Counted from the stretch's first letter, positions 1-7,596 are shown. The stretch: DNA of 25,353 bases from a virus (IMGVR_UViG_3300025818_000167:1-25353), one strand, 5' to 3'. The notes: generated by a model not told the origin, from the sequence alone. Numbers and translations are program-made.

Positions 1-1
1 T

Positions 2-100
2 TTTGTTACTAAAAGAGATTTTTCACTGAATGAAAAATTTTTTAAAAACAAAAAAGAAGCGGAACGCTTTTATAACAAAATAAAGAAAAAAATAAATTAA
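2..100 (+). CDS. 3' end of a hypothetical phage protein (partial; ...FVTKRDFSLNEKFFKNKKEAERFYNKIKKKIN*)
   Basis: Open frame from the window edge to TAA at 98-100, same strand as the next gene; translated by hand. Confidence 0.55.
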   Translation, partial: FVTKRDFSLNEKFFKNKKEAERFYNKIKKKIN

Positions 101-107
101 GTATTTA

Positions 108-151
108 TGAATACCTGCTCAGTCGGGTATTCACCAATACTTAAGTATTGG
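108..151 (+). promoter_or_regulatory. Two abutting hairpins in the leader of the DUF932 gene
   Basis: TGAATACC (108-115) pairs with GGTATTCA (126-133); directly followed by the perfect 18-bp palindrome CCAATACTTAAGTATTGG (134-151). Confidence 0.55.
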
Positions 152-183
152 ATTACATAAACAATAATAATGGAGAAATAAAT

Positions 184-1287
184 ATGTCTAATAAAATAAA
201 GACGACTATGAACGTAGAACAGTTGCTGACAAGCCTTAGAGATTTGTCTCAACAAAAGCAAGACTACATCGTAAGGACTAACGCTATGCATATGCATGGT
301 GGTGAGAATGGTTTGATTTTAGATTTAAATAAATCAAATCATGATGGAACACTATACGCGCTTAACAGTCATGCTCTCGGACAAATGTCTACTACGTTCC
401 AAGTTCCTCGACCCTATGTCGATAGAATGATGGCTTCCGATCCTCAAATCGTAGCAACCAATTTTAACCATTGGTTTAAAAATGCGGATGACAATCAAGC
501 TAAGATGATCCGTACCCATGAATTAAAAGATGGTGCTAAATTCTTAGTTAGAGCATTTTTATCGGACAAGTATCGCAGAGTAGATAATGATGAGATTGCC
601 TCTACTGTACTGCCAATACTTCTTGATAAAAATAACGATTGGGAAATAACCGAATGTCAGATAACTGACACCAAGTTATACATCAAGGCAGTTGCAACCA
701 ATTTAATAGCAGAAGTTAAAAAAGGTGACGTTGTAAAATACGGCGTGATCATTTCTAATTCTGAAGTTGGAAGTGGTGCAATCAATGTTAAGCCTTTTCT
801 ACATAGATGCGTCTGTGATAATGGATTAATCATTGCAGACAATTCTATGAGAGCAACCCATCTCACCTCATCTCAAGCTGATGACAAACTTTGGTCAATG
901 CTATCGGATCAAACAAAGACCGATGACAACAGACTACTACTTCAAAAAGTTAAAGACGTAGTTTATCACACCGCAGACAAATCTAACTTTGAAGTGCAAG
1001 TGGATAGACTCAAAGAAGCAGATGGAGTGATCATCCACAAGCCTCAAGAAGCAGTGAAAGTTTTAAAACAAACTTTTAATTTTACTGAATTGGAGCATGA
1101 CTCGATTTTAACAAACTTAATTAATCGAGTGGATGAAGTTGCGGGAAACAATGTCACCAAGTGGACATTGGCAAATGCGGTGACTCATTTAGCGCATGAG
1201 ACTGAGGACTACGATAGAGGAATTGAGTACGAGACAATTGGTGATAAAATTTTAAATTTACCAAACTCAATATTGCAAGTCGCTTAA
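184..1287 (+). CDS. DUF932/DUF945-family phage protein
   Basis: Motifs VRAFLSDKYRRVDN, GVIISNSEVGSGA and CVCDNGLI are typical of DUF932. Start reassigned to ATG 184, preceded by GGAG at 172-175. Confidence 0.8.
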   Translation: MSNKIKTTMNVEQLLTSLRDLSQQKQDYIVRTNAMHMHGGENGLILDLNKSNHDGTLYALNSHALGQMSTTFQVPRPYVDRMMASDPQIVATNFNHWFKNADDNQAKMIRTHELKDGAKFLVRAFLSDKYRRVDNDEIASTVLPILLDKNNDWEITECQITDTKLYIKAVATNLIAEVKKGDVVKYGVIISNSEVGSGAINVKPFLHRCVCDNGLIIADNSMRATHLTSSQADDKLWSMLSDQTKTDDNRLLLQKVKDVVYHTADKSNFEVQVDRLKEADGVIIHKPQEAVKVLKQTFNFTELEHDSILTNLINRVDEVAGNNVTKWTLANAVTHLAHETEDYDRGIEYETIGDKILNLPNSILQVA

Positions 1288-1355
1288 TGATTGAAGTAAT
1301 ACTTTTAATTGTAGTACTTCAGATTGTTCTCAAGATAACAGACAGAAAAAAATAA
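1287..1355 (+). CDS. 22-aa hydrophobic peptide MIEVILLIVVLQIVLKITDRKK
   Basis: TAATG stop/start overlap with the DUF932 gene; ends just before the terminator hairpin; hydrophobic stretch plus basic tail. Confidence 0.5.
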   Translation: MIEVILLIVVLQIVLKITDRKK

Positions 1356-1360
1356 TTTTA

Positions 1361-1402
1361 TTGGAGCGGGATATTCTTCCGCTCCAAACTAAAAATTTTT
1401 TT
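1361..1402 (+). terminator. Probable intrinsic terminator ending the left operon
   Basis: GC-rich stem TTGGAGCGG (1361-1369) / CCGCTCCAA (1379-1387) in AT-rich flanks; T-run at 1396-1402 is a few nt downstream of the stem. Confidence 0.65.
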
Positions 1403-1440
1403 AAAGAAAAAAATTCTATAAAAAGAACAGTAATATTTTA

Positions 1441-1479
<39 letters not shown>

Positions 1480-1503
1480 CGGGGGGTTTTTTCAAAAATT
1501 GAA

Positions 1504-1598
1504 TTTTCGGTTATGCATTTGGAAAGTTTTTTCATTTTTCGGTTATGCATTTGGAAAGTTTTTTCATTTTTCGGTTATGCATTTGGAAAGTTTTTTCA
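1504..1598. repeat. Three tandem 32-bp direct repeats (TTTTTCGGTTATGCATTTGGAAAGTTTTTTCA), iteron-like
   Basis: Exact 32-bp period (CGG at 1508, 1540, 1572), no spacers; GTTTTTTCAAAAAT occurs at both 1486-1499 and 1590-1603. Confidence 0.95.
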
Positions 1599-1607
1599 AA
1601 AATAAAG

Positions 1608-1637
1608 TTGTATTTTTAGAAATATTTATTATATATT
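1608..1637 (+). promoter_or_regulatory. Putative sigma70-type promoter
   Basis: TTGTAT (1608-1613), 18 nt, TATATT (1632-1637), upstream of RBS GAAAGGAAG and ATG 1659. Confidence 0.4.
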
Positions 1638-1658
1638 ATCATATAGAAAGGAAGAAAG

Positions 1659-1925
1659 ATGGAAACTAATTATAATCCTACGAACTTAAACTACATAGAC
1701 GATGATTTTGATATTACTATTTTAGAGACATCAAAAGGTGTTTACTCTGCATATAATAATGGAAAGTATTTATTCAAAGTCCGCGATCCGCGAGTCGATG
1801 GTCGCTACATATCGAACATAAGAGAACTACAAAAGGCTAGAGCAAATGTTGTTCTTCAAAAGGCAATGCGCTTTATTAGAAACGGAGGGTTGAGCGATGA
1901 AAATCATATCGGCAAAAGAAGCTAA
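1659..1925 (+). CDS. Hypothetical protein
   Basis: 88-aa ORF with AAAGGAAG RBS; no recognisable domain. Confidence 0.65.
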   Translation: METNYNPTNLNYIDDDFDITILETSKGVYSAYNNGKYLFKVRDPRVDGRYISNIRELQKARANVVLQKAMRFIRNGGLSDENHIGKRS

Positions 1926-2448
1926 AAAAAGAAAGTTAAGCAGATACTATACGGGAGTTCCCTGTGTCCACGGTCACCTGTCCGAGAGGATCGTAAGAAA
2001 TAGACGCTGTCGTGAGTGTGCGGTAAAGGAAGACAGAGAAAGAAAGGCATCTCTTAAATATCTCACTAACATAAAAAACATTGTTAGGCAAAGAAGGCGA
2101 GACTTTAAAAAGAGAGATCAAAGAAGATTTGGACATGATTGCGTTAAATCTTTGGCGTCTCTTAAAGATTTAATGAGATTGGTAGAGTTAGCAAAAGACG
2201 ATAAAGGATTAATTCGATGTAAGGTAAGCAATGATATTATTTCTTTATTACCAAAAGATAAAAAAATTCTATCTTTCGATAGACTAGACAATACTAGACC
2301 CCATACAAAAGATAATCTGAGAGTGACTACTTGGGAAATAAACCACGCAAAGGGAGATCACTCACTAGATACTTTAATGTTAGTGGTGGTAGATGAAGTA
2401 ATTAGAGCAGGGAGAGAACATGAGTTGCGAAGAATATTGGATAGATAA
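1897..2448 (+). CDS. HNH/His-Me finger-type endonuclease (free-standing, homing-endonuclease-like)
   Basis: N-terminal YYTGVPCVHGH...CREC Zn motif and C-terminal SFDRLDNTRPHTKDNLRVTTWEINHAKG, matching the DRIDxxxGY...N...N-x-x-K pattern of phage HNH-like nucleases. Confidence 0.7.
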   Translation: MKIISAKEAKKRKLSRYYTGVPCVHGHLSERIVRNRRCRECAVKEDRERKASLKYLTNIKNIVRQRRRDFKKRDQRRFGHDCVKSLASLKDLMRLVELAKDDKGLIRCKVSNDIISLLPKDKKILSFDRLDNTRPHTKDNLRVTTWEINHAKGDHSLDTLMLVVVDEVIRAGREHELRRILDR

Positions 2449-2608
2449 GCACGCCAAAAGAAAAAGAGAAATTTTACGTCTCTTAGAAAAGTATTTGAAA
2501 GTTAGAAACAAATGCAAGATAGAGATTGTAAATGATAAGTTTGAATATCAGATAAACTCTCTAAGAGAAGAGTTGATAAATATTAATAAATTATTAGATT
2601 TAATCTGA
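2420..2608 (+). CDS. Hypothetical protein
   Basis: 62-aa ORF with GGGAG upstream, overlapping the preceding gene; helical, Leu/Lys-rich. Confidence 0.55.
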   Translation: MSCEEYWIDKHAKRKREILRLLEKYLKVRNKCKIEIVNDKFEYQINSLREELININKLLDLI

Positions 2609-2653
2609 TATTTAATATATAAATTAACATACTAACTAATGAAAGGAAGAAGA

Positions 2654-2812
2654 ATGTCCGAAGCCAGTGATAATAAAAAATGGGTATCACAGATAATTTC
2701 TGCTGAAACTCAAAAACTATTAGAGAGAATTTGTAAAGATACAATGAGAACAAAGCCAACTCAATTAGCTATTATAGTCAAGGAATACTACGATAAACTA
2801 TCAAAACAATAG
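2654..2812 (+). CDS. Putative ribbon-helix-helix DNA-binding protein (52 aa; not in the ORF track)
   Basis: RBS GAAAGGAAG at 2641; MSEASDNKKWVSQIISAETQKLLERICKDTMRTKPTQLAIIVKEYYDKLSKQ shows the beta-strand, helix, helix pattern of Arc/CopG proteins. Confidence 0.65.
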   Translation: MSEASDNKKWVSQIISAETQKLLERICKDTMRTKPTQLAIIVKEYYDKLSKQ

Positions 2813-2847
2813 TATAAATTATCTATAAATTATGATAATTTTAAAGA

Positions 2848-3057
2848 ATGTTGGAGATAATAAAAGATCATCCACACTTTTTTGAAAAGACTGTGTATCG
2901 CGTTGAGTACGTTGATGTACCTGACGAAGAAGATAATATTGTCCACAGAGTTTTAGTAGAGTTTTCCGATGGTACGGAAAAGCTTTATGATCACGTTTCT
3001 TGGAAGAAAATTGTTGAAAAAGGTAGAGAAATCTTAGACAGAAGAAGAGGACTTTAG
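2848..3057 (+). CDS. Hypothetical protein
   Basis: 69-aa ORF; no SD, possibly leaderless (TATGATAAT just upstream). Confidence 0.6.
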   Translation: MLEIIKDHPHFFEKTVYRVEYVDVPDEEDNIVHRVLVEFSDGTEKLYDHVSWKKIVEKGREILDRRRGL

Positions 3058-3180
3058 TCCCTCTGAACCTACTCTAACTGTCTCATCATACTCTAGCTTA
3101 TATTCTTTGTAAGCTGTCATCTGCGCTATGACATCCTGTAAATACGCTATAATCAGCTTGTTTTCTTGATCTTCTGTCAT
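3034..3180 (-). CDS. Small hypothetical protein (48 aa; not in the ORF track)
   Basis: Minus-strand RBS AAAGGA before ATG 3180; MTEDQENKLIIAYLQDVIAQMTAYKEYKLEYDETVRVGSEGLKSSSSV. The true end may be 3054 (see findings). Confidence 0.5.
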   Translation of the reverse strand: MTEDQENKLIIAYLQDVIAQMTAYKEYKLEYDETVRVGSEGLKSSSSV

Positions 3181-3300
3181 TTTTATGTCCTTTTCATTGG
3201 GGGCTAACTTCTACTATATCAAAGGTAGAATGTAAATATCCACCTATTTATTTTCATTTTTGTTAAATAAATTATTTGACTTTTGTGATAGTGTCGTTCA

Positions 3301-3519
3301 ATGGCAAAATTCTATTTATTCATGATTGTTTGTATATACAACCCTACATTGAGTCTTGAGGATACCTGTAAAATATTTCCTCAGACAGCTCCTTACGATT
3401 CTTTATTAAAATGTTTAGATGCTGGAGAAGCTATTAGATACAAACTGAGAGAGGGAAACAAGGATGTTTACCCTACTGCCTTTTGTTCTGAAAAAAATTT
3501 TAACTATATAAAACTATAG
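3301..3519 (+). CDS. Hypothetical small Cys-containing protein
   Basis: 72 aa, hydrophobic N-terminus, four spaced Cys. Confidence 0.6.
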   Translation: MAKFYLFMIVCIYNPTLSLEDTCKIFPQTAPYDSLLKCLDAGEAIRYKLREGNKDVYPTAFCSEKNFNYIKL

Positions 3520-3759
3520 TCTAGTAGTTTTCTTAATCCAACCTTTTGGAATTACTTGAACCCTACCACAATCAGAGTCGCCCTTACGACCCCGATCACC
3601 TGCGATAGTAATGGAGTCTTTCGTTTCTTTAACCACATAGCCAACGCTAAAGATGAGAGGTGTTGTTGCTTTTTCTGCTTCCTCAATTGTATGCCATCCA
3701 CTTTCCATCTCGTAGGCGTCTATCCATTGTATCTCTACCTTCTTAGCTAGTTCTTTCAT
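3514..3759 (-). CDS. Conserved small phage protein (VEIxWxDA...SVGY...IP family)
   Basis: Pattern common among phage hypothetical proteins; ATGA coupling to the upstream methyltransferase. Confidence 0.7.
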   Translation of the reverse strand: MKELAKKVEIQWIDAYEMESGWHTIEEAEKATTPLIFSVGYVVKETKDSITIAGDRGRKGDSDCGRVQVIPKGWIKKTTRL

Positions 3760-4388
3760 TTTTTCAAAGAGTTAATACCAGGAACAATCTTATTACACTT
3801 TGGTGACTCTACTCCCTTTGAAGCGGTAAACCACTGCTCATATCCTTGGATATAACCAATTCCACTACTTCCATTACATTTTTGTTTTCCAAAAGTATCT
3901 TGAACAGCCTGCTGTACAGAAGAGAGAGACATATCATCCCCGATCATCGATCCGCCATCCTTTAGCTTTGGCCACCAATTCAAAATATCTTCCATCACTG
4001 CCTCATATTCGTGAGCGCCATCTATAATAATTCCCTGAAAATGATTATCTTTAAATCTAGCTAAAGTATTTACGTCATCGGATCTAGATTTAATAGGAGT
4101 AACTATTCCACCCAAAAGAAATGCCTTACAGTTTTCCTTAAAGGTTTCATAGAATCCTCCATCAATGTCTAATCCACTGTGTTCCGATGATCCCTGAAAT
4201 GTATCTAAAGCATAAAGGTGTACCCTTTTACCTGAGTTAATTATGTTTGTAGCCAGATAGGCTGTAGACCTGCCCATAAAGGATCCAATCTCCAGTATCT
4301 CATCCCCATCCTGACAATTGTCCAGTAGCTGGTCGTATGCCTCATGCATATTAAACCATCCTGGTATTTTAAAATAACTATGTTTCAT
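3756..4388 (-). CDS. Class I SAM-dependent methyltransferase (Methyltransf_24-like)
   Basis: ILEIGSFMGRS SAM-binding motif, IIDGAHEYE and LKDGGSMIGDD motifs. Confidence 0.85.
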   Translation of the reverse strand: MKHSYFKIPGWFNMHEAYDQLLDNCQDGDEILEIGSFMGRSTAYLATNIINSGKRVHLYALDTFQGSSEHSGLDIDGGFYETFKENCKAFLLGGIVTPIKSRSDDVNTLARFKDNHFQGIIIDGAHEYEAVMEDILNWWPKLKDGGSMIGDDMSLSSVQQAVQDTFGKQKCNGSSGIGYIQGYEQWFTASKGVESPKCNKIVPGINSLKK

Positions 4389-4594
4389 ATCTTTAATACC
4401 CTCTTAAATGAAGAATGTTGCATTTTTTTTTCCTCTGCTAATTTGTTAGCAATTATTTCTTGTATGTTAGTAAAATAATTCCTACCCATCTTTTTTTCAG
4501 CAATACGTCTTTCTTTTCTTCTTTGACCTTCTTCTATTTGATGTTTGTAGGATGCTCTCTTATCTGAGTAATCCCAGACAGGTTTATTTTTCAT
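4385..4594 (-). CDS. Hypothetical protein
   Basis: 69-aa basic ORF with AGGAG RBS, coupled within the operon. Confidence 0.6.
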   Translation of the reverse strand: MKNKPVWDYSDKRASYKHQIEEGQRRKERRIAEKKMGRNYFTNIQEIIANKLAEEKKMQHSSFKRVLKI

Positions 4595-4826
4595 TTATTC
4601 TCTCCTTTGTTGCCCAAAAATAATCTAAGGTAAAATACCAAATAGAATTAATGAGCGGTTCAACTAAAGCATCAACAGTAGCCAATGTCCAATCGGCTCC
4701 CGTAATGATCCAATTACATGTTATTGCAATTAGAATATGTCCTAAAGTATAAATAGCCGTTCTTACAATAGAACCGTGTAAGGCTATGGTTTTTACTGAA
4801 TAAATTAATCCTTTTAATAGTTCCAC
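4584..4826 (-). CDS. DUF2061-like small membrane protein
   Basis: Two hydrophobic segments and the EPLINSIWYFTLDYFW pattern typical of DUF2061. Confidence 0.65.
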   Translation of the reverse strand: MELLKGLIYSVKTIALHGSIVRTAIYTLGHILIAITCNWIITGADWTLATVDALVEPLINSIWYFTLDYFWATKERINEK

Positions 4827-5017
4827 TAAAACCCTACATAAAACTTTTCGTTTCTCTCTATTAGACTTTCCACAGATTTAATCCTTGCCTCTGTTATTCT
4901 AATATTTCTATCATCCCAATTATTTATTTCATTTCTCCACTTTGTTAATTGTCTGTTATACAAACCTAAAAGTTTTTCGTGATATTTTCTAATGGGAAAT
5001 ACTTTTCTTTTTCTCAT
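4826..5017 (-). CDS. Hypothetical protein
   Basis: 63-aa ORF with start/stop overlaps on both sides. Confidence 0.6.
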   Translation of the reverse strand: MRKRKVFPIRKYHEKLLGLYNRQLTKWRNEINNWDDRNIRITEARIKSVESLIERNEKFYVGF

Positions 5018-5196
5018 CTTAGTTTGTTGGCTATTTCCTCTGCAAGTTCCATTGCAGTTTCATGTATAATTAAAGCATGAGTATATTGTTCTTGTTCATG
5101 TAAGTTTTTATGCATTTCAATTAATGCATTAAAACAGTCGCAGGCTTCCGTTAATTTCCTGTGATCTATTTTTGTTTCGTCAGGAAAATGTATCAT
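5014..5196 (-). CDS. Hypothetical protein
   Basis: ORF 5014-5205; ATG 5196 preferred (AAGGAG upstream, ATGA overlap with the helicase stop). Confidence 0.6.
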   Translation of the reverse strand: MIHFPDETKIDHRKLTEACDCFNALIEMHKNLHEQEQYTHALIIHETAMELAEEIANKLR

Positions 5197-6653
5197 ATTA
5201 ACCACTCCTTAAATTCTTCGCCTAGTATCTCACTGGCGATGTTAATTTTAGAACGAAGACTTTTGATAATGTTTTCGTCTACAGTTCCTTCACAGACCAA
5301 ATCTACATATGTCACTTTATCTTCTGTTCCTATTCTATGATTTCTAGCTTCAGCTTGCTCTCTGATCTCTAAATCATAATCGTTAGAATAAAATATCATA
5401 GTTTTAGCTATATTCAAAGTAAGACCGTATCCGCCTGTTCTAGGGTGTCCTACCAAGAATCTCATATGATGATCAGGGTTTTTAAATTTCTCTAGTATTT
5501 TAGGTCTTTCTGTTGATGGAGTCTCTCCGTAGAAACCCTCCGCTGACCCCGATCCGTATTTATCGTCTAGCGCCCCAATAACTTTTTTTATGTTATGGCG
5601 ATAGGAACACCAAATAATCACTTTCCCATCTACTTCCTCAATTGTATCCAATAATTCCTTTAATCTATTTTCTGAGAAATCAATTAATCCACCCTCATCC
5701 GTTGTCATGTAACCACATGCAATTTGATGGAGTCTTTTTAATTGAGCAATCAGTGTTGCCGTGGTCAGCTGTTCGCCGTCAATCTCAGCGAGAGCAACAT
5801 TCTTCATCATCACATACGCCTTCAATTGTTTATCAGTCATCGGCACGCGTCTCTTCATATAAATTTTATCAGGCAAATCTAACGCTTCCGCCTTTGTTAC
5901 ACGATAAGAAAAGTTTCTAATTTTATCTGTTAACTCATCTAATCTTTTATACCCTGTGACTTTATTAAAACTTCTTCCACCAAAATTTAATTTAACTTGA
6001 TTACAGTAGCGTGCCTTAAAAGAATAAATAGAACTAAAGCCTAATAAGTCTTCACTTAAAAAAGCACACTGTCCGTATAAATCCTCAGGTGACTTAGTAA
6101 TTGGTGAACCTGTTAAGATAACTCTGTACTTGGCTGCCGTTCCTATTTTAATGCATCTCTTTGTTCTTTGTGCTGACATATTTTTGATAATAGTAGACTC
6201 ATCTACACACATTAAAGTTTTATCTACGAGAGTAAATTTATCGGCAACACTTGATCCAAACTTAGTAATGACTGAGTCTATATTCATGACTAAAACTTTT
6301 AATCGATTATCTACTGCGAACAAGACCTGCTTAATTTGATTTTGTTCTTTTTTTGTTTTAGCTCCCTCCCACACATGAACATCATAATCAATATGTTCGG
6401 CTAAATGTTTTTCTAATTCTTCTTTCCAATTGTATTTAATTCCATTAGGACAAATAACTAAAAGTTGATTTATTTTTCCGTTGTCAAATAAAATAGAAAC
6501 ACCATCAATTAAAACTTTTGTTTTACCGCATCCCATTTCCATAAACAAAGCATACTCAGGAGAGTTTTTTTCAAACTGATTAAGCATACCAGCTAGACCA
6601 ACCAGCTGATGTTCCATAGGCTTAGTTTTAAACTTGTATTTATCTAATAACAT
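5193..6653 (-). CDS. SNF2-family (SF2) helicase/ATPase
   Basis: Walker A MEMGCGKTK, Walker B DEST, LTGSP (motif III), GGYGLTL and QAEARNHRIG (motif VI). Confidence 0.92.
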   Translation of the reverse strand: MLLDKYKFKTKPMEHQLVGLAGMLNQFEKNSPEYALFMEMGCGKTKVLIDGVSILFDNGKINQLLVICPNGIKYNWKEELEKHLAEHIDYDVHVWEGAKTKKEQNQIKQVLFAVDNRLKVLVMNIDSVITKFGSSVADKFTLVDKTLMCVDESTIIKNMSAQRTKRCIKIGTAAKYRVILTGSPITKSPEDLYGQCAFLSEDLLGFSSIYSFKARYCNQVKLNFGGRSFNKVTGYKRLDELTDKIRNFSYRVTKAEALDLPDKIYMKRRVPMTDKQLKAYVMMKNVALAEIDGEQLTTATLIAQLKRLHQIACGYMTTDEGGLIDFSENRLKELLDTIEEVDGKVIIWCSYRHNIKKVIGALDDKYGSGSAEGFYGETPSTERPKILEKFKNPDHHMRFLVGHPRTGGYGLTLNIAKTMIFYSNDYDLEIREQAEARNHRIGTEDKVTYVDLVCEGTVDENIIKSLRSKINIASEILGEEFKEWLI

Positions 6654-6693
6654 GATATCAATTATTCTACAGAGAGAATATTATATGAGTGAA
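6634..6693. promoter_or_regulatory. Overlapping divergent promoters between the SNF2 operon and the replication operon
   Basis: Only 31 bp separate ATG 6653(-) from ATG 6685(+). Plus strand: TTGTAT (6634) ... TGATATCAAT. Minus strand: TTCACT-N18-TAGAAT. Confidence 0.4.
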
Positions 6694-7035
6694 AGTAAAA
6701 GTAAAGTTTATGTTATTCAAAAAGTATTAAGAAAGCATATTGACGGAACACTAAGAGGTTTAGATTTTTCTCAAGCGGAAAGATTTGGTGAAGTTATCTA
6801 TTTATTTGATAGTCAAAAGCAAGTTGTTATGTCTCCGCAGCCCACTATTCGTAAAATAAAACAAATCCTAAAAGACTTTAAAGACAACGATTATTTGGTC
6901 TTAGTAGGAGATCCTGCACTTATAGGCTTGACATGTTCGGTTGTAAGCACTATATGTAATGGTAGATATAATATGTTAAAATATGATAGATTAGAAAGAG
7001 ATTACTTTCCTATCAGAGTTGACATACACGAATAA
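6685..7035 (+). CDS. Conserved phage hypothetical protein (alpha/beta fold predicted)
   Basis: Start moved to ATG 6685 to avoid overlap with the SNF2 gene; DYLVLVGDP...LKYDR pattern recalled from similar phage replication modules. Confidence 0.7.
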   Translation: MSESKSKVYVIQKVLRKHIDGTLRGLDFSQAERFGEVIYLFDSQKQVVMSPQPTIRKIKQILKDFKDNDYLVLVGDPALIGLTCSVVSTICNGRYNMLKYDRLERDYFPIRVDIHE

Positions 7036-7050
7036 GAAAGGCAAAAAAAA

Positions 7051-7593
7051 ATGAAACTAGACTTACGAAGAGAGAAAAGCGATTTTTTAGTAAATGAAGT
7101 CGATCCAATATCTAAGGCTTGTCAGGAATATGTTAAAACAGAACAAGAGATTGCTGACCTAGAAGCTTTAGTAAAATTAAAAAAAGAAGTATTACGTCAG
7201 AACAATGAAACAATTGTTACTCTCATGGAAGAGAGAGGCGTTAAATCAATTAAGATGTCGGATGGTAATTCTGTAGACATCAAACCATTTTATACTGGAA
7301 GCATATCTGAAGAGAAAAAAGAAGAGGCATTTGAGTGGCTCCGAAAAGAAGGATATGACGACATTATAAAAAACCAAGTTGTTATTAAGTTTGGTAGAGC
7401 GGAAGACGATAAAGCTGACAAACTATTTAGTGACTTGGCAAGTAAAGGTTTAGACGCTGATAGAAATGTCAAAGTCGAACCAATGACACTCAAGGGTTTC
7501 ATTCGTGAAATGATTGAGAATGGCAAAGACCTGCCAATGGATACTTTTGGAGTTTTTGTCGGACATAAAATAAACATCAAGAAAGGTAAATAA
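7051..7593 (+). CDS. Conserved phage replication-module protein (coiled coil plus AFEWLR...IIK...VEPMTLK domain)
   Basis: RBS GAAAGG; motif family usually found just upstream of this SSB-like gene. Confidence 0.75.
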   Translation: MKLDLRREKSDFLVNEVDPISKACQEYVKTEQEIADLEALVKLKKEVLRQNNETIVTLMEERGVKSIKMSDGNSVDIKPFYTGSISEEKKEEAFEWLRKEGYDDIIKNQVVIKFGRAEDDKADKLFSDLASKGLDADRNVKVEPMTLKGFIREMIENGKDLPMDTFGVFVGHKINIKKGK

Positions 7594-7596
7594 AAA

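Noticed and set aside
148-183. TTG start at 148 for the DUF932 gene
   Set aside because: It lies inside a palindrome with no SD; ATG 184 has GGAG at a normal spacing.
1504-1598. CRISPR array (32-bp units that can be phased as GTTTT...ATTTGGAAAG)
   Set aside because: Units are directly head-to-tail with no spacers, and no cas genes are present.
6634-6684. N-terminal extension of the 6634-7035 ORF
   Set aside because: It overlaps the divergent SNF2 start; ATG 6685 fits better.
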